Positions 25,194 through 34,560 of a stretch of 64,000 bases of DNA are shown here, piece by piece. Where the stretch lies: the NCBI GenBank assembly GCA_037445995.1, contig JBBIJK010000004.1:30451-94450 (forward strand), written 5' to 3'. The position numbers were made by a program, and so were the translations under genes. The DNA comes from Actinomycetota bacterium. GTDB lineage: Bacteria > Actinomycetota > Coriobacteriia > Anaerosomatales > D1FN1-002. The notes under the pieces were generated by a model. The model had not been told where the DNA came from and ran no database searches. It was given only the letters and a program-made list of their open reading frames with translations. Within the stretch, counting starts at the first letter, position 1; each line of letters begins with the position of its first letter.

Positions 25194-25210
25194 AGGCTCC
25201 GGAGCCCCGC

Positions 25211-27334
25211 TCACATCGGGAGCCGCCGCTCCTCTCGCCGGTCCACCGCGAGCAACCCTGTCATGCCCGCTGCCACCTGGGCGTCGAGGATCCTCGACAT
25301 CGCCGCCACCACAGCCGGGTCGAACTGGCTGCCGGCGCCCCGCTCGAGCTCGGCGCGGGCGGCCATGGGAGGCAGCGCGGCCCTGTAAGCGGAATCGCTG
25401 GTCATGGAGTCGTAGGCGTCGGCGACCGCCAGGATCCTCGCGGCCAGCGGGATGTCCTCGCCCGTAAGTCTCATCGGGTACCCTTCGCCGTCCCATCGCT
25501 CGTGGTGGTGCAGGACGATCGGTGCGACGGCATTCAGGAACTCGACCTGCTCAAGGAGGCTGGCGCCGATCTGGCTGTGCATCATCACCCGGTCCATCTC
25601 ACCCTCGGAGAGCTTCGAGGGCTTGAGGAGGATCTCCTCGGAGACGCCCACCTTGCCGATGTCGTGGAGCAGCCCGGCGAAACGCAACGCCTCGACCTCC
25701 TCGAAGACAAGGCCAATCTCCTCCCCCAGCGCGACAGCGTAGTCCATGACCCGCTTGGAGTGACCGGCCTCGCGGCGCTCGCTGGCGTCCAAGGCCGTCG
25801 AGAGGGCGGCCAGCGCCCGGGTGTAGTCGTCACGCAGTCGCCCGAACAGCGCCGCCCGATCGAGCGCCGGCCCCACCTGAGCCGACATCTGCCACAGCAG
25901 CCGCTCGACCGACGCGTCGAAATCTCCGGGCCGGTCCGACGCGACGAACAGTGCGCCGATGCCGACGTCGCGTACGGTCAGCGGCACCGAGAGCACGGTC
26001 CACTCCTCGCACACACGCTCGTCGCCCAGGAGAAGGTCGCCCTCCCGGACGACGACGCGGGCAGTGGGCGCCGACGGCACGATCGCGACCCCTGAGGCCT
26101 CCTCTGTGACGGCCGCAATGTCGTGAGCGCCGACGTCGCCGCGCGCGAACAGGGACGCGCACTCCTGCGCGTGACCCGAGAGGACGATCCCGCCGATACG
26201 CAGGTCCACGCTCTTCTCCAGGACCTCGCCCACCAGCCTCACCACGTCCTCAGCGGCGACGTCCCCCTGCAGCAGGCGGGCCAGCTCGACCAGGCTGGCG
26301 GTCCTTGCGAACTCCCGTTCGCCAGCCGCCATCGCAGCGCCAAACCGCAACCCTGGGCCGACGAGCTTGGCGAACTCCTCGATCGCGTCGACGACCCGGC
26401 CTTGGACCGGACCGACTTCCCGGGGGAACGACAGCTCGAAGACCCCCGTGAGCGAATCGCCGTCGAACACAGGCGAGCACAACGAAGCGCCCTCGCTCGG
26501 GTCCATGCCGGAAGCCACCACGACCGAACGCCCGGTCGCGGCCGCGTGACCGGCCGGCCCCTCGCCGACGCGGGAGAGCGAGCCGACGGTACCGGAGGGC
26601 CTGCCGCCCGACGCGGCGACCACCTCCAGCAGGTCCGAGCCCGGCCTGCGAACCCTCAGGGTCCCGCCTTCCGCTCCGACCAGAGCGATCGCGAGGGCTA
26701 AGGCGCCAAGGCCGGCCTGCTCCCCGGCCAGCTCCCCATCGACGAGCGCGCGGAAGGCCGACGACGTCGCGGCGACGGCTCTGCCGGCGGCGAGAGCCGC
26801 CTCGCGGTCCCGCGCAGCCGCGATCGTGGCCGCGGCATGCGTCGCCACCATGAAGGCGATCGAAGCCGCCCGCTTGTGGCTGATGACAGGCACCGAAACC
26901 AGCGCCTGTCGGGCCTGCGCTTCGCTGGCTCCGCGAGCCAGCAGCTGCTCGAAGAGCCGACGCCGCTCGCGAGTGGATGTGACGAAGCCCGCGATGACGA
27001 CGTGAAGTTCCGGATCGGCGCCCTCGACCCGCTGGAAGTAACACGCGAAGCCCGATCGGCAGAAGCTCCTCCAGGAGTCGCCAGCCGCCCAAGGCGGGGC
27101 GTCGAAGCACTCCGAGACGACCTCGGGCCTGGAGTCGCCGGGGTGCAGGGTGTGGCAGTACGGCCCGCGCGGTCCCGAGTGCACGAACATCCCCGCAGCC
27201 AGATCCGCGACCGCCACGCTGACACCCATGGTGTCGAAGAGCGTCTCCGTCCAGACACGCCAGTCATCCGACCGGAACATCGAGATGTGCTGGCGCTCTT
27301 CGGGCGGCAACGTTCCTCCTCGCAGGGCGGGCAT
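25211..27334 (-). CDS. Cys-rich (PocR-like?) sensor + 2x GAF + HD-GYP c-di-GMP phosphodiesterase
   Basis: HD-GYP motifs LLHDIGKVGV and HHHERWDGEGYP. Two GAF-like segments. The N-terminal ~170 aa have conserved Cys (YCHTLH, SFCRSGFACYF). Confidence 0.83.
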   Translation of the reverse strand: MPALRGGTLPPEERQHISMFRSDDWRVWTETLFDTMGVSVAVADLAAGMFVHSGPRGPYCHTLHPGDSRPEVVSECFDAPPWAAGDSWRSFCRSGFACYFQRVEGADPELHVVIAGFVTSTRERRRLFEQLLARGASEAQARQALVSVPVISHKRAASIAFMVATHAAATIAAARDREAALAAGRAVAATSSAFRALVDGELAGEQAGLGALALAIALVGAEGGTLRVRRPGSDLLEVVAASGGRPSGTVGSLSRVGEGPAGHAAATGRSVVVASGMDPSEGASLCSPVFDGDSLTGVFELSFPREVGPVQGRVVDAIEEFAKLVGPGLRFGAAMAAGEREFARTASLVELARLLQGDVAAEDVVRLVGEVLEKSVDLRIGGIVLSGHAQECASLFARGDVGAHDIAAVTEEASGVAIVPSAPTARVVVREGDLLLGDERVCEEWTVLSVPLTVRDVGIGALFVASDRPGDFDASVERLLWQMSAQVGPALDRAALFGRLRDDYTRALAALSTALDASERREAGHSKRVMDYAVALGEEIGLVFEEVEALRFAGLLHDIGKVGVSEEILLKPSKLSEGEMDRVMMHSQIGASLLEQVEFLNAVAPIVLHHHERWDGEGYPMRLTGEDIPLAARILAVADAYDSMTSDSAYRAALPPMAARAELERGAGSQFDPAVVAAMSRILDAQVAAGMTGLLAVDRREERRLPM

Positions 27335-27388
27335 AGTGACAGTGCTGGTATCGGCTGCCGCTCCGCGCCGCTTGAGGGATGAAACGGA

Positions 27389-28870
27389 TCAGGGACGACC
27401 TCGTGGAAGGCGCACGGTGAATGTGCTGCCGGAGCCTAGGGTGCTTCGCACCTCGATCTCGCCTCCGGCAGCCTCGATGATGCGCTTGGCGATGGCGAGC
27501 CCCAGGCCGAACCCGCCGGTCTCAGCCGAACGCGACGCGTCAGACCGATAGAACCTGTCGAAGATGTGGGGCAGGTCCTCGTCCGGGATCCCGGCGCCCG
27601 TGTCGCTCACCTCGACGAGCACGTGATCTCGCCTGCGGCGCGTCGTCACGCTCACCTGTCCGCCAGCCTGCGAGTACTTCGCGGCGTTGTCCACCAGAAT
27701 CGAGATCGCCTCCTCGACCCGGTCCGGGTCGCCCACCATCGCCAACTGACCTTCGCCCGGACCGATGAACTCGAGTTGTCTTCCCAGGTTGCGCGTCGCG
27801 GCGTCAGCCAGCACCTCGCGGCATCGGGCGTTGACGTCGAAGCGCACGCTGCGGAACTCCGTCTCCCGATCGCCGCGAACGAGAGACAGCAGCTCCGCGC
27901 AGAGCCTGGCCATCCGCCTGGACTCCCTGTCGATGGCTCCTACCGCCTCGTCACGCAGAGCGGGGTCCTCAGCCCCCCAGACCCTGAGTATGTTGACGTA
28001 GCCACGGATGCCCGCGACCGGGGTGGCCAGCTCGTGCGAGGCATCCGCCACGAACCGCGCCTGCGCCTCCGCCCGCCGGTCGAGCTTGCGGATCACCTCG
28101 TTGATCGAGCGGGCCAGGTCACCGACCTCGTTGTCACCGACCTCGGGGAGGCGCACCTCCGGCTCCCCCGCCTGGATCGAATCCGCCGCCTTGCGGAGTA
28201 CTTCCACCAGGCCCAGCACCCACGCCGCCCCGCTCTGCATGATGAACAGCGACAACATCGCCGCGATCACGGCGAGCAGGGTCATGGGCGCTCGCACGGA
28301 GTCGATAACCGCCTCCTCGCGGTGTGGCGAGTAGACGACGTCGAGCACCGCGGCTCCGGAAAAGGGCAGCTCGACCGGGATGTGCATCGCCAGGTCGCCC
28401 ATGTCCGCGGACCCGAGGAGTCCGGACAGGGGTCTGGCTCCGTACTGGGTCACGTCGCCCGACGCTCCCGCCGCAAGCACCCGTGCCCGTGCCGGGCCCG
28501 CTGGAAGCACATGGCCGTCCGTGGTGGACCACAGCAGCTCGCCGCTCGCGTCGTGCAAGGCGTAACCGGCCGCGCCGAGGGCCCCGGTAGAGTCAAGTTC
28601 GTCCAGCCCGTCCAGCAGGGCCTTCTCCACGGCGGCGGACGACGCCCCCGCGCCGGACGGGTCCGCAGCGACGCTCTCGCGCGCCATCTCGGTCCGCCGG
28701 TCGAAGGCGACCTTAGCCGGCACGGCGAGCTGGGCCACGCCGGCCTCCGCGGTGTCCCGCATCGCCTTGGTGACGACCAGGTAGGTGACCAACAGGATGG
28801 CCCCTACGAGCGCCGCGGAGAACGCCACGGACAGCCCGAGCAGGCGAATCTTCAGGGAGGTACGGTGCAT
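27389..28870 (-). CDS. Sensor histidine kinase (2 TM, periplasmic domain, HAMP, HisKA, HATPase_c)
   Basis: H-box FVADASHELATPVAGIRGY, N/G boxes (LVDNAAKYS, DTGAGI, GGFGLGLAIAK). Adjacent to an OmpR-type RR. Confidence 0.88.
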   Translation of the reverse strand: MHRTSLKIRLLGLSVAFSAALVGAILLVTYLVVTKAMRDTAEAGVAQLAVPAKVAFDRRTEMARESVAADPSGAGASSAAVEKALLDGLDELDSTGALGAAGYALHDASGELLWSTTDGHVLPAGPARARVLAAGASGDVTQYGARPLSGLLGSADMGDLAMHIPVELPFSGAAVLDVVYSPHREEAVIDSVRAPMTLLAVIAAMLSLFIMQSGAAWVLGLVEVLRKAADSIQAGEPEVRLPEVGDNEVGDLARSINEVIRKLDRRAEAQARFVADASHELATPVAGIRGYVNILRVWGAEDPALRDEAVGAIDRESRRMARLCAELLSLVRGDRETEFRSVRFDVNARCREVLADAATRNLGRQLEFIGPGEGQLAMVGDPDRVEEAISILVDNAAKYSQAGGQVSVTTRRRRDHVLVEVSDTGAGIPDEDLPHIFDRFYRSDASRSAETGGFGLGLAIAKRIIEAAGGEIEVRSTLGSGSTFTVRLPRGRP

Positions 28871-29551
28871 CTAGCCCCCCGCGAAGAAGTACCCGACCCC
28901 CCGGATCGTCTGGATCGTGCTGTTCTCGTGATCCCCTATCTTGCCGCGGAGGTGGCAGACGAACACCTCGATGACGTTGCTGTCGGTGGAGTGCTGACCT
29001 CCCCAGACAGCCGAGAGGATCTCGTCGCGAGAGATAACGCGACCGGCGTTGGCCACGAGGAAGAAGAGCAGGTCGAACTCCTTGGCCGTCAGGTCGAGCT
29101 GCTGCTCTCCCAAGGTCGCGCGTCGGTTGACCAGGTCCACGGTCACGCCGGAGGCGGAGTACTCCGTACGCTCCCTGCCCTTCTCCGTTCGTCGCAGGAG
29201 GGCCGCCACTCGAGAGAGCAGCTCGGGCATCTCGAAGGGCTTGCGCAGGTAGTCGTCGGCACCGGCGTCGAACCCGCTGACGAGGTCCTCGAGCTGCGCG
29301 CGAGCCGTCAACATCAGTATCGGCACCTCGGGGTCGGCCTCGGTCATGTTACGGGCGACCTCCAGGCCGTCCATCCCGGGCAGCATAAGGTCGAGTATCA
29401 CGACGTCCGGCCTGCTCTGATTGAAAGCCTCCAGCCCGGCTGGGCCGTCTCCGGCGTGCGTCACGTCGTAGCCCGCGTGTCTGAGCTCGAGTTCGACGAA
29501 CCGAGCGATCGTGCTGTCGTCCTCGACGACCAGTATCTGCGCCTCAGGCAC
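28871..29551 (-). CDS. OmpR/PhoB-family response regulator
   Basis: REC (ILVVEDDSTIA...VVILDLMLPGMDG) + winged-helix (LTAKEFDLLFFLV...IQTIRGVGYFF). GTG 29551 is chosen; the 363-aa ORF-track version carries an Arg/Gly-rich upstream extension that is implausible for an OmpR-family regulator. Confidence 0.88.
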   Translation of the reverse strand: MPEAQILVVEDDSTIARFVELELRHAGYDVTHAGDGPAGLEAFNQSRPDVVILDLMLPGMDGLEVARNMTEADPEVPILMLTARAQLEDLVSGFDAGADDYLRKPFEMPELLSRVAALLRRTEKGRERTEYSASGVTVDLVNRRATLGEQQLDLTAKEFDLLFFLVANAGRVISRDEILSAVWGGQHSTDSNVIEVFVCHLRGKIGDHENSTIQTIRGVGYFFAGG

Positions 29552-29589
29552 CAGAGAATCCCTTCGCCTTGGCCCCGCCCCTGCCGATT

Positions 29590-30615
29590 CTACCGCGCGA
29601 GCAGTGCCTCGGCTATCTGGACGGCGTTGAGCGCGGCCCCCTTGCGGAGCTGGTCGGCGACGCACCAGAACTGCACGCCGCTCGCGACGGTGCCGTCGGC
29701 CCGCAGCCTCCCGACGTACACGTCGTCGGTCCCGGCCAGCGCCGCGGGCATCGGGTACGTGCCCGACGCCGGGTCGTCCAGCAGGGTCACGCCGGGGGCG
29801 GCCGCCAGAGCGGAGCGGGCGGCCTCCAGGGACACCGGCCCGTCGAACTCCACGAAGACCGCCTCGGAGTGGCAGCGAAGCACTGGCACCCGCACGCACG
29901 TCGCGGTGATATCCATCCCGGGCGCGTGCATGATCTTGCGGGTCTCGACCACCATCTTCCACTCCTCCTTAGTGGACAGGTCGTCGAGGAAGACGTCTAT
30001 CTGCGGGATGCAGTTGAAGGCGATGCGGTGAGCGAACTGCTCTGGCCGGACCTCACGCCCGGCGAGGAGGTCGCCGGTCTGCTCGCAAAGCTCGCGCATC
30101 GCGGCCGCTCCGGCACCCGACGCCGCCTGATACGTGGCCACGACCACGCGCCTGACCGGTACCAGGTCGTGCAGAGGCTTGAGCGCGACGACCATCTGGA
30201 TCGTCGAGCAGTTCGGGTTCGCGATCACGCCCTGGTGCCACTCGAGATCCTCGGGGTTCACCTCGGGCACCACCAGCGGCACCTCGTCCTCCATCCGGAA
30301 GGCGGAGGAGTTGTCGATCATCACGCAGCCAGCGTCCACCACGGAGTCGCGGAACTCACGGGACACTCCGGCGCCAGCTGAGAACAACGCGACGTCGACG
30401 TCCGCGAAGGCGTCCTCGGTAAGCTCGCGCACCGTCAGCTCGCCCTGTGCGAACGGGACCCGACGGCCCGCCGACCGCGAGGAGGCGAGGGCGCGCACCT
30501 CCCCGGCGGGGAATCCCCGCTCGGCAAGGACAGCCAGCATCTCCTCGCCGACAGCGCCGGTGGCGCCGACGACCGCCACCACGGGGCGAGCGGGGATCGG
30601 ACAGCTCCGGCTCAT
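29590..30615 (-). CDS. asd: Aspartate-semialdehyde dehydrogenase
   Basis: VAVVGATGAVG NAD(P) motif, active-site region ...IANPNCSTI..., 341 aa. The start overlaps the ask stop. Confidence 0.93.
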   Translation of the reverse strand: MSRSCPIPARPVVAVVGATGAVGEEMLAVLAERGFPAGEVRALASSRSAGRRVPFAQGELTVRELTEDAFADVDVALFSAGAGVSREFRDSVVDAGCVMIDNSSAFRMEDEVPLVVPEVNPEDLEWHQGVIANPNCSTIQMVVALKPLHDLVPVRRVVVATYQAASGAGAAAMRELCEQTGDLLAGREVRPEQFAHRIAFNCIPQIDVFLDDLSTKEEWKMVVETRKIMHAPGMDITATCVRVPVLRCHSEAVFVEFDGPVSLEAARSALAAAPGVTLLDDPASGTYPMPAALAGTDDVYVGRLRADGTVASGVQFWCVADQLRKGAALNAVQIAEALLAR

Positions 30616-31871
30616 CGGGACGCGCCCCCCTCGCCAGCGCCTATCTCGATGGTGACGTCGTCGGCGTCCAACCCAAAGGCGGTGTGGAGCGCTGCGACTG
30701 CCCTCTCGATCTGGCCGGTGGCCACCACCGCTGTGATGCGGATGGTGGAAGTAGAGATCATCCCGATGTTCACGCCGGCGTCCGCGAGCGCTCGGAACAT
30801 GCGGGCCGCCACGCCCGGATGCGTCTTCATGCCCGCGCCCACCAGGGAGATCTTCGCGATCTCGTCGTCGACGGTCCAGTCGCGCGCACCCAGGTCCGCG
30901 ACCAGCCCTTCGGCCACGAGGCGGGTGCGCGGGATGTCGGTCTTCGGGACCGTGAAGGAGATATCGGTCGTCCCCTGCTCCGAGACGTTCTGGATGATCA
31001 TGTCCACATTGACGTTGGCGTCGGCCATCCGCTCAAAGACGTCCGCGGCGGCTCCGGGACGGTCCGGCACATCGCGGATCGTGACCTTGGCCTCGGAGGT
31101 GTCGTGCGCGACCCCTGAGATGACCGCTTGCTCCATGCTTTCGTCAGCCTCCTTCACCATGGTCCCTGGCAGCTCGTTGAAGCTCGACCGGCAGTGGATG
31201 GCGACCCCGTGGTTGCGGGCGAACTCGACCGATCTGAGGTTGAGGACGCCGGCGCCACCCGCCGCGAGTTCCAGCATCTCCTCGTAGCTGATCGCCTCTA
31301 TGCGCCTGGCCGAGGGCACCACACGCGGGTCGGCGGTGTAGACACCGTCCACGTCGGTCAGTATCTCGCACACGTCGGCGCCCGCGCCGACTGCCACCGC
31401 GACGGCCGTGGTGTCCGAACCGCCCCGGCCCAAGGTGGTGATCTGCCCGTCCTCGGTGACCCCTTGGAAGCCGGCCACGATGACTATCGCGCCTGAGGCG
31501 AGGGCCTCGCGAAGGCGCTCCGCCCTGACCTCCCTGATCCGGGCCTTCGTGTGCCCGGTGTCGGTGATGATGCCGACCTGAGGGCCGGTCAAGGAGATCG
31601 CCCCATGACCCAGAGCGTGGATCGCCATCGCGAGCAGCGCGATCGAGACCTGCTCCCCTGTGGCCAGGAGCATGTCCATCTCGCGATCTGGGGGATCAGA
31701 CGTGATCTGCGAGGCGAGCTCGGTGAGTTCATCGGTGACGTCGCCCATGGCGGAGACGACAGCCACGACCGAGTCGCCCGACTCCTTGCGCGCGATGAGT
31801 CGATGCGCGACCGTCATCAGCCGGTCCACCGAACCGACGGACGTGCCTCCGAACTTCATCACGGCGAGCAT
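30612..31871 (-). CDS. ask: Aspartate kinase (with tandem ACT domains)
   Basis: MLAVMKFGGTSVGS N-terminus and C-terminal ACT repeats. ATG 31871 follows GGAGG; the ORF-track upstream extension is discarded. Confidence 0.93.
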   Translation of the reverse strand: MLAVMKFGGTSVGSVDRLMTVAHRLIARKESGDSVVAVVSAMGDVTDELTELASQITSDPPDREMDMLLATGEQVSIALLAMAIHALGHGAISLTGPQVGIITDTGHTKARIREVRAERLREALASGAIVIVAGFQGVTEDGQITTLGRGGSDTTAVAVAVGAGADVCEILTDVDGVYTADPRVVPSARRIEAISYEEMLELAAGGAGVLNLRSVEFARNHGVAIHCRSSFNELPGTMVKEADESMEQAVISGVAHDTSEAKVTIRDVPDRPGAAADVFERMADANVNVDMIIQNVSEQGTTDISFTVPKTDIPRTRLVAEGLVADLGARDWTVDDEIAKISLVGAGMKTHPGVAARMFRALADAGVNIGMISTSTIRITAVVATGQIERAVAALHTAFGLDADDVTIEIGAGEGGASR

Positions 31872-31956
31872 CGGGCCTCCAGGTATCCACCTCGCCTCAG
31901 GGACGGGCTGGCGGGTCGGACAAGTGTACACCCCGTGTATGGAAGCACGTCCGGGC

Positions 31957-34500
31957 TCAGCGGCCTCGGCGCAAGCGCATCCGCTGCGCGGTGGCGCGCA
32001 TCCGCTCAGACATGCGATCGAGCGCCTCGGCGTAGAAGTGGTCGACCAGTGTCGCGCCCGAGGTCCGCTCGATGAGGGCGCAGAGGAGCGTGAGCGCCTC
32101 CCGCATCGCCTCGACCTCGGTCTCCAGGTCGCGCCCCTCACCCCCGGACACGCTCATACGGCCGCCCGCAAGCTTGAACGGCAGGCGCCCGGCTTCGATA
32201 GCCTCGGTGAGCCTCTCCTCGAGGTTCACCGCCAGTTTCGGGCCGCCCAGCCGACGGTAGCTGGTGAACATGCCGTCGCAGAGAGCCACGAACACCGCGC
32301 GGGCTTCGTCCCGCTCATACCCCGCGCCGTGACCCGCCGATTCCGCCACGGGCCCGGAGTGCGCCCGGAGCGCCTTGACGAAAGCGTCGACGACCCTGGC
32401 ATCGAACTGAGTGCCCGCGCACCTCTCAAGCTCGCCGATGGCCTCGTCGGCATCGCGCCCTGCGCGGTAGGGCCGGTCAGAGATCATGGCCTCATATGCG
32501 TCTGCGACAGACAGTATCCTCGCAAGCAGAGGTATCTCCTCGCCTTTGAGCCCCGCGGGATAACCCCGACCATCCCAGTGCTCGTGATGGTGCCGAACCA
32601 CGGGGGTGATGGGCCAGGGGAACGCGACCGGGCGCAGGATGTTGGCGCCTATAAGCGGATGATGCCGCATCTGATCCATCTCGTCCTCGGTCAGGCGACC
32701 CGGCTTGAGCAGGATGCCCTCCTTGACGCCGATCTTGCCGATGTCGTGAAGGTACGCCGCCATCTCCAGCGCGATCCTCTGCTCCGAGGACAGGCCCATA
32801 GCCTCGCCGATGGTCTTGGCGTACTCAGCCACGCCGTCCGAGTGGCCGCGGGTATAGGTGTCCTTTGCGTCGACCGCGGCCGCCAGCGACCTGACGGTGG
32901 CCAGGTAGGCGTCTTGCAGCGAGGTGAACAGCTCGATGTTGCCGATGGCGATGGCAACGTGGTTGGCGACCGTCAGAAGCAGCCTCACATCCTCAGACCC
33001 GAACCTGAAGGCCGGGTCGTGAGTGCCCACCGTTATCGCGCCGATCGCGCCCTCCGGGCCCATCAGCGGCGCTGACACAGCGGCGGCGGACCCGGTGACG
33101 GCGTCGACCTGCTGGTCCTTCCCGCCCGTCGAGGGGTTGAATATCAGCGGCCGCCCCTCCCTGACGACCCACTCGGCCATGGACCCGGTGAGGGCGTGGG
33201 CGTCCGCACGCTGCTCGCGCGGGCCGCGGATGGCGCGGGTCACGAGCTCGCCGGTCTCCCTGTCACGGAGGCTGACGTAGCCGCTCTCCACGTCGAATAT
33301 CCGCAACGACGACTCGAGCACTGAGCCCACGAGTTCGTCGAGGTCGAACGTCGATCCCAGTGACCTGCTCATCTCGTACAAAGTCGCAAGCTCCAGGACC
33401 TTCTTCGTCAGATGCTCGGTCCTCTCGCGAAGGGACTGCGTCATCTGGTTGAAGCTCTCGCCCAGAGCGCGTATCTCAGTCGCACCGGCGAGCGCCACCT
33501 TCGTGGCGAAATCGCCCTCCGCGACCCGCCGCGCGCCGACGGCGAGCCCGCCGAGCGGACCCGACACGCTCTGGGCGATCCAGACGCCTAGACCCGTCAG
33601 AAGCACGACGGCGAACACCGACCACATGGTGATCAAACGGATGGTCGTGGACGTCGCCCTGTCGGTGACCTCGGTGCTCATCAGCGCCACGAGGCGTCTC
33701 TCCGCCGCGCTCGGATCCCCGGGCAGCGTCACGACCGTGGACACGAGGTGGTAACTTCCAGAACCGGTCTTGACCGTATCGGACGCGCGCGGCCCTTCGG
33801 GGATCCGCGCGGACAGAAGACCGCCCTTGTGACTCGCGTCGCCGAACACCTCACGCGAGACGGGGTCCGACACCGACGGGGACCGCGCGGCGAGGCGGCC
33901 TCGATCGTCGTACAGCCCGAACAGGCCGTCGGCCCCGGAGGTCACCCGTTTGAGCAGCCGGTCGTCCAGCACGTCGGCCACGACCAGCACTTCCCCCCCG
34001 GCCCCCAGCGGCCTGACGGCCGCGACCGTGTCGACATCGTTCACACGGGCGAAGGTCAGGTACGATCCCGCGCCGCCTGACCCGATGTCGCGCCCGAGAG
34101 GCCTGTCACCGGGGTCGACCCCGGTGACCCAGCTCACTCCCGCCACGACCCGGCCCTGCCGGTCGAGAACCAGGATCATGTCGGCGTCGACGGCCCTGTT
34201 GACGGACGCGAGCACCGCGCGCAGCGACCCGGGGTCCCGGCGCGCAAGCGCGTCCGTCACCCGCTCGTCCCTCGTCACCAGGGCACCGACATCGGCGAGC
34301 CGCTCACCCGCCTCCGCGATGCGCCCGGCGGTGGCTAGCGCCAGGGAGTCGGAGCTCCTGTCGACCCACCCGTCTGTGAGCTCAGTGAGGAGGAGGACCG
34401 CCACGATCGTCGCCACGATGCCCACCGTGACGGCGACGAGGACGAGCGGTAGCACTATCTGATAGTGGAGCCGTCCGAAGGCGCTCCCGAACCTGCTCAT
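31957..34500 (-). CDS. Membrane sensor (extracytoplasmic domain) + HAMP + GAF + HD-GYP phosphodiesterase + ~170-aa unassigned C-terminal domain
   Basis: LHDIGKIGV and HHHEHWDGRGYP. There is a HAMP after the second TM and a GAF between. Start moved to ATG 34500 (GGAAGGG RBS) because 34501-34560 has poor GC3 and contains a promoter-like GTGCTAGAAT. Confidence 0.83.
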   Translation of the reverse strand: MSRFGSAFGRLHYQIVLPLVLVAVTVGIVATIVAVLLLTELTDGWVDRSSDSLALATAGRIAEAGERLADVGALVTRDERVTDALARRDPGSLRAVLASVNRAVDADMILVLDRQGRVVAGVSWVTGVDPGDRPLGRDIGSGGAGSYLTFARVNDVDTVAAVRPLGAGGEVLVVADVLDDRLLKRVTSGADGLFGLYDDRGRLAARSPSVSDPVSREVFGDASHKGGLLSARIPEGPRASDTVKTGSGSYHLVSTVVTLPGDPSAAERRLVALMSTEVTDRATSTTIRLITMWSVFAVVLLTGLGVWIAQSVSGPLGGLAVGARRVAEGDFATKVALAGATEIRALGESFNQMTQSLRERTEHLTKKVLELATLYEMSRSLGSTFDLDELVGSVLESSLRIFDVESGYVSLRDRETGELVTRAIRGPREQRADAHALTGSMAEWVVREGRPLIFNPSTGGKDQQVDAVTGSAAAVSAPLMGPEGAIGAITVGTHDPAFRFGSEDVRLLLTVANHVAIAIGNIELFTSLQDAYLATVRSLAAAVDAKDTYTRGHSDGVAEYAKTIGEAMGLSSEQRIALEMAAYLHDIGKIGVKEGILLKPGRLTEDEMDQMRHHPLIGANILRPVAFPWPITPVVRHHHEHWDGRGYPAGLKGEEIPLLARILSVADAYEAMISDRPYRAGRDADEAIGELERCAGTQFDARVVDAFVKALRAHSGPVAESAGHGAGYERDEARAVFVALCDGMFTSYRRLGGPKLAVNLEERLTEAIEAGRLPFKLAGGRMSVSGGEGRDLETEVEAMREALTLLCALIERTSGATLVDHFYAEALDRMSERMRATAQRMRLRRGR

Positions 34501-34550
34501 CAGGCCCTTCCGTCGACTGCGGGGTTGTGTCAGAGGACCGTCCGCGCCCG

Positions 34551-34560
34551 ATTCTAGCAC
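34551..34560 (-). promoter_or_regulatory. Extended -10 element GTGCTAGAAT upstream of the HAMP-GAF-HD-GYP gene
   Basis: The same 10-mer as at 25182-25191. It sits about 50 nt upstream of ATG 34500. Confidence 0.4.

Noticed and set aside
28871-29962. Long N-terminal extensions in ORF-track entries: 28871..29962, 30612..32141, 39364..41607, 45325..46128, 48173..49198, 57624..59375 and 60525..63221
   Set aside because: The extensions are Arg/Pro/Gly-rich, overlap neighbouring genes or intergenic promoters, and precede internal starts that have Shine-Dalgarno sequences and canonical family N-termini. I trimmed them to the internal starts.
34501-34560. GTG 34560 as the start of the HAMP-GAF-HD-GYP protein
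   Set aside because: These 20 codons have atypically A/T-rich third positions, and the GTG is part of a recurring promoter-like decamer GTGCTAGAAT. ATG 34500 has an RBS and begins the signal/TM region.
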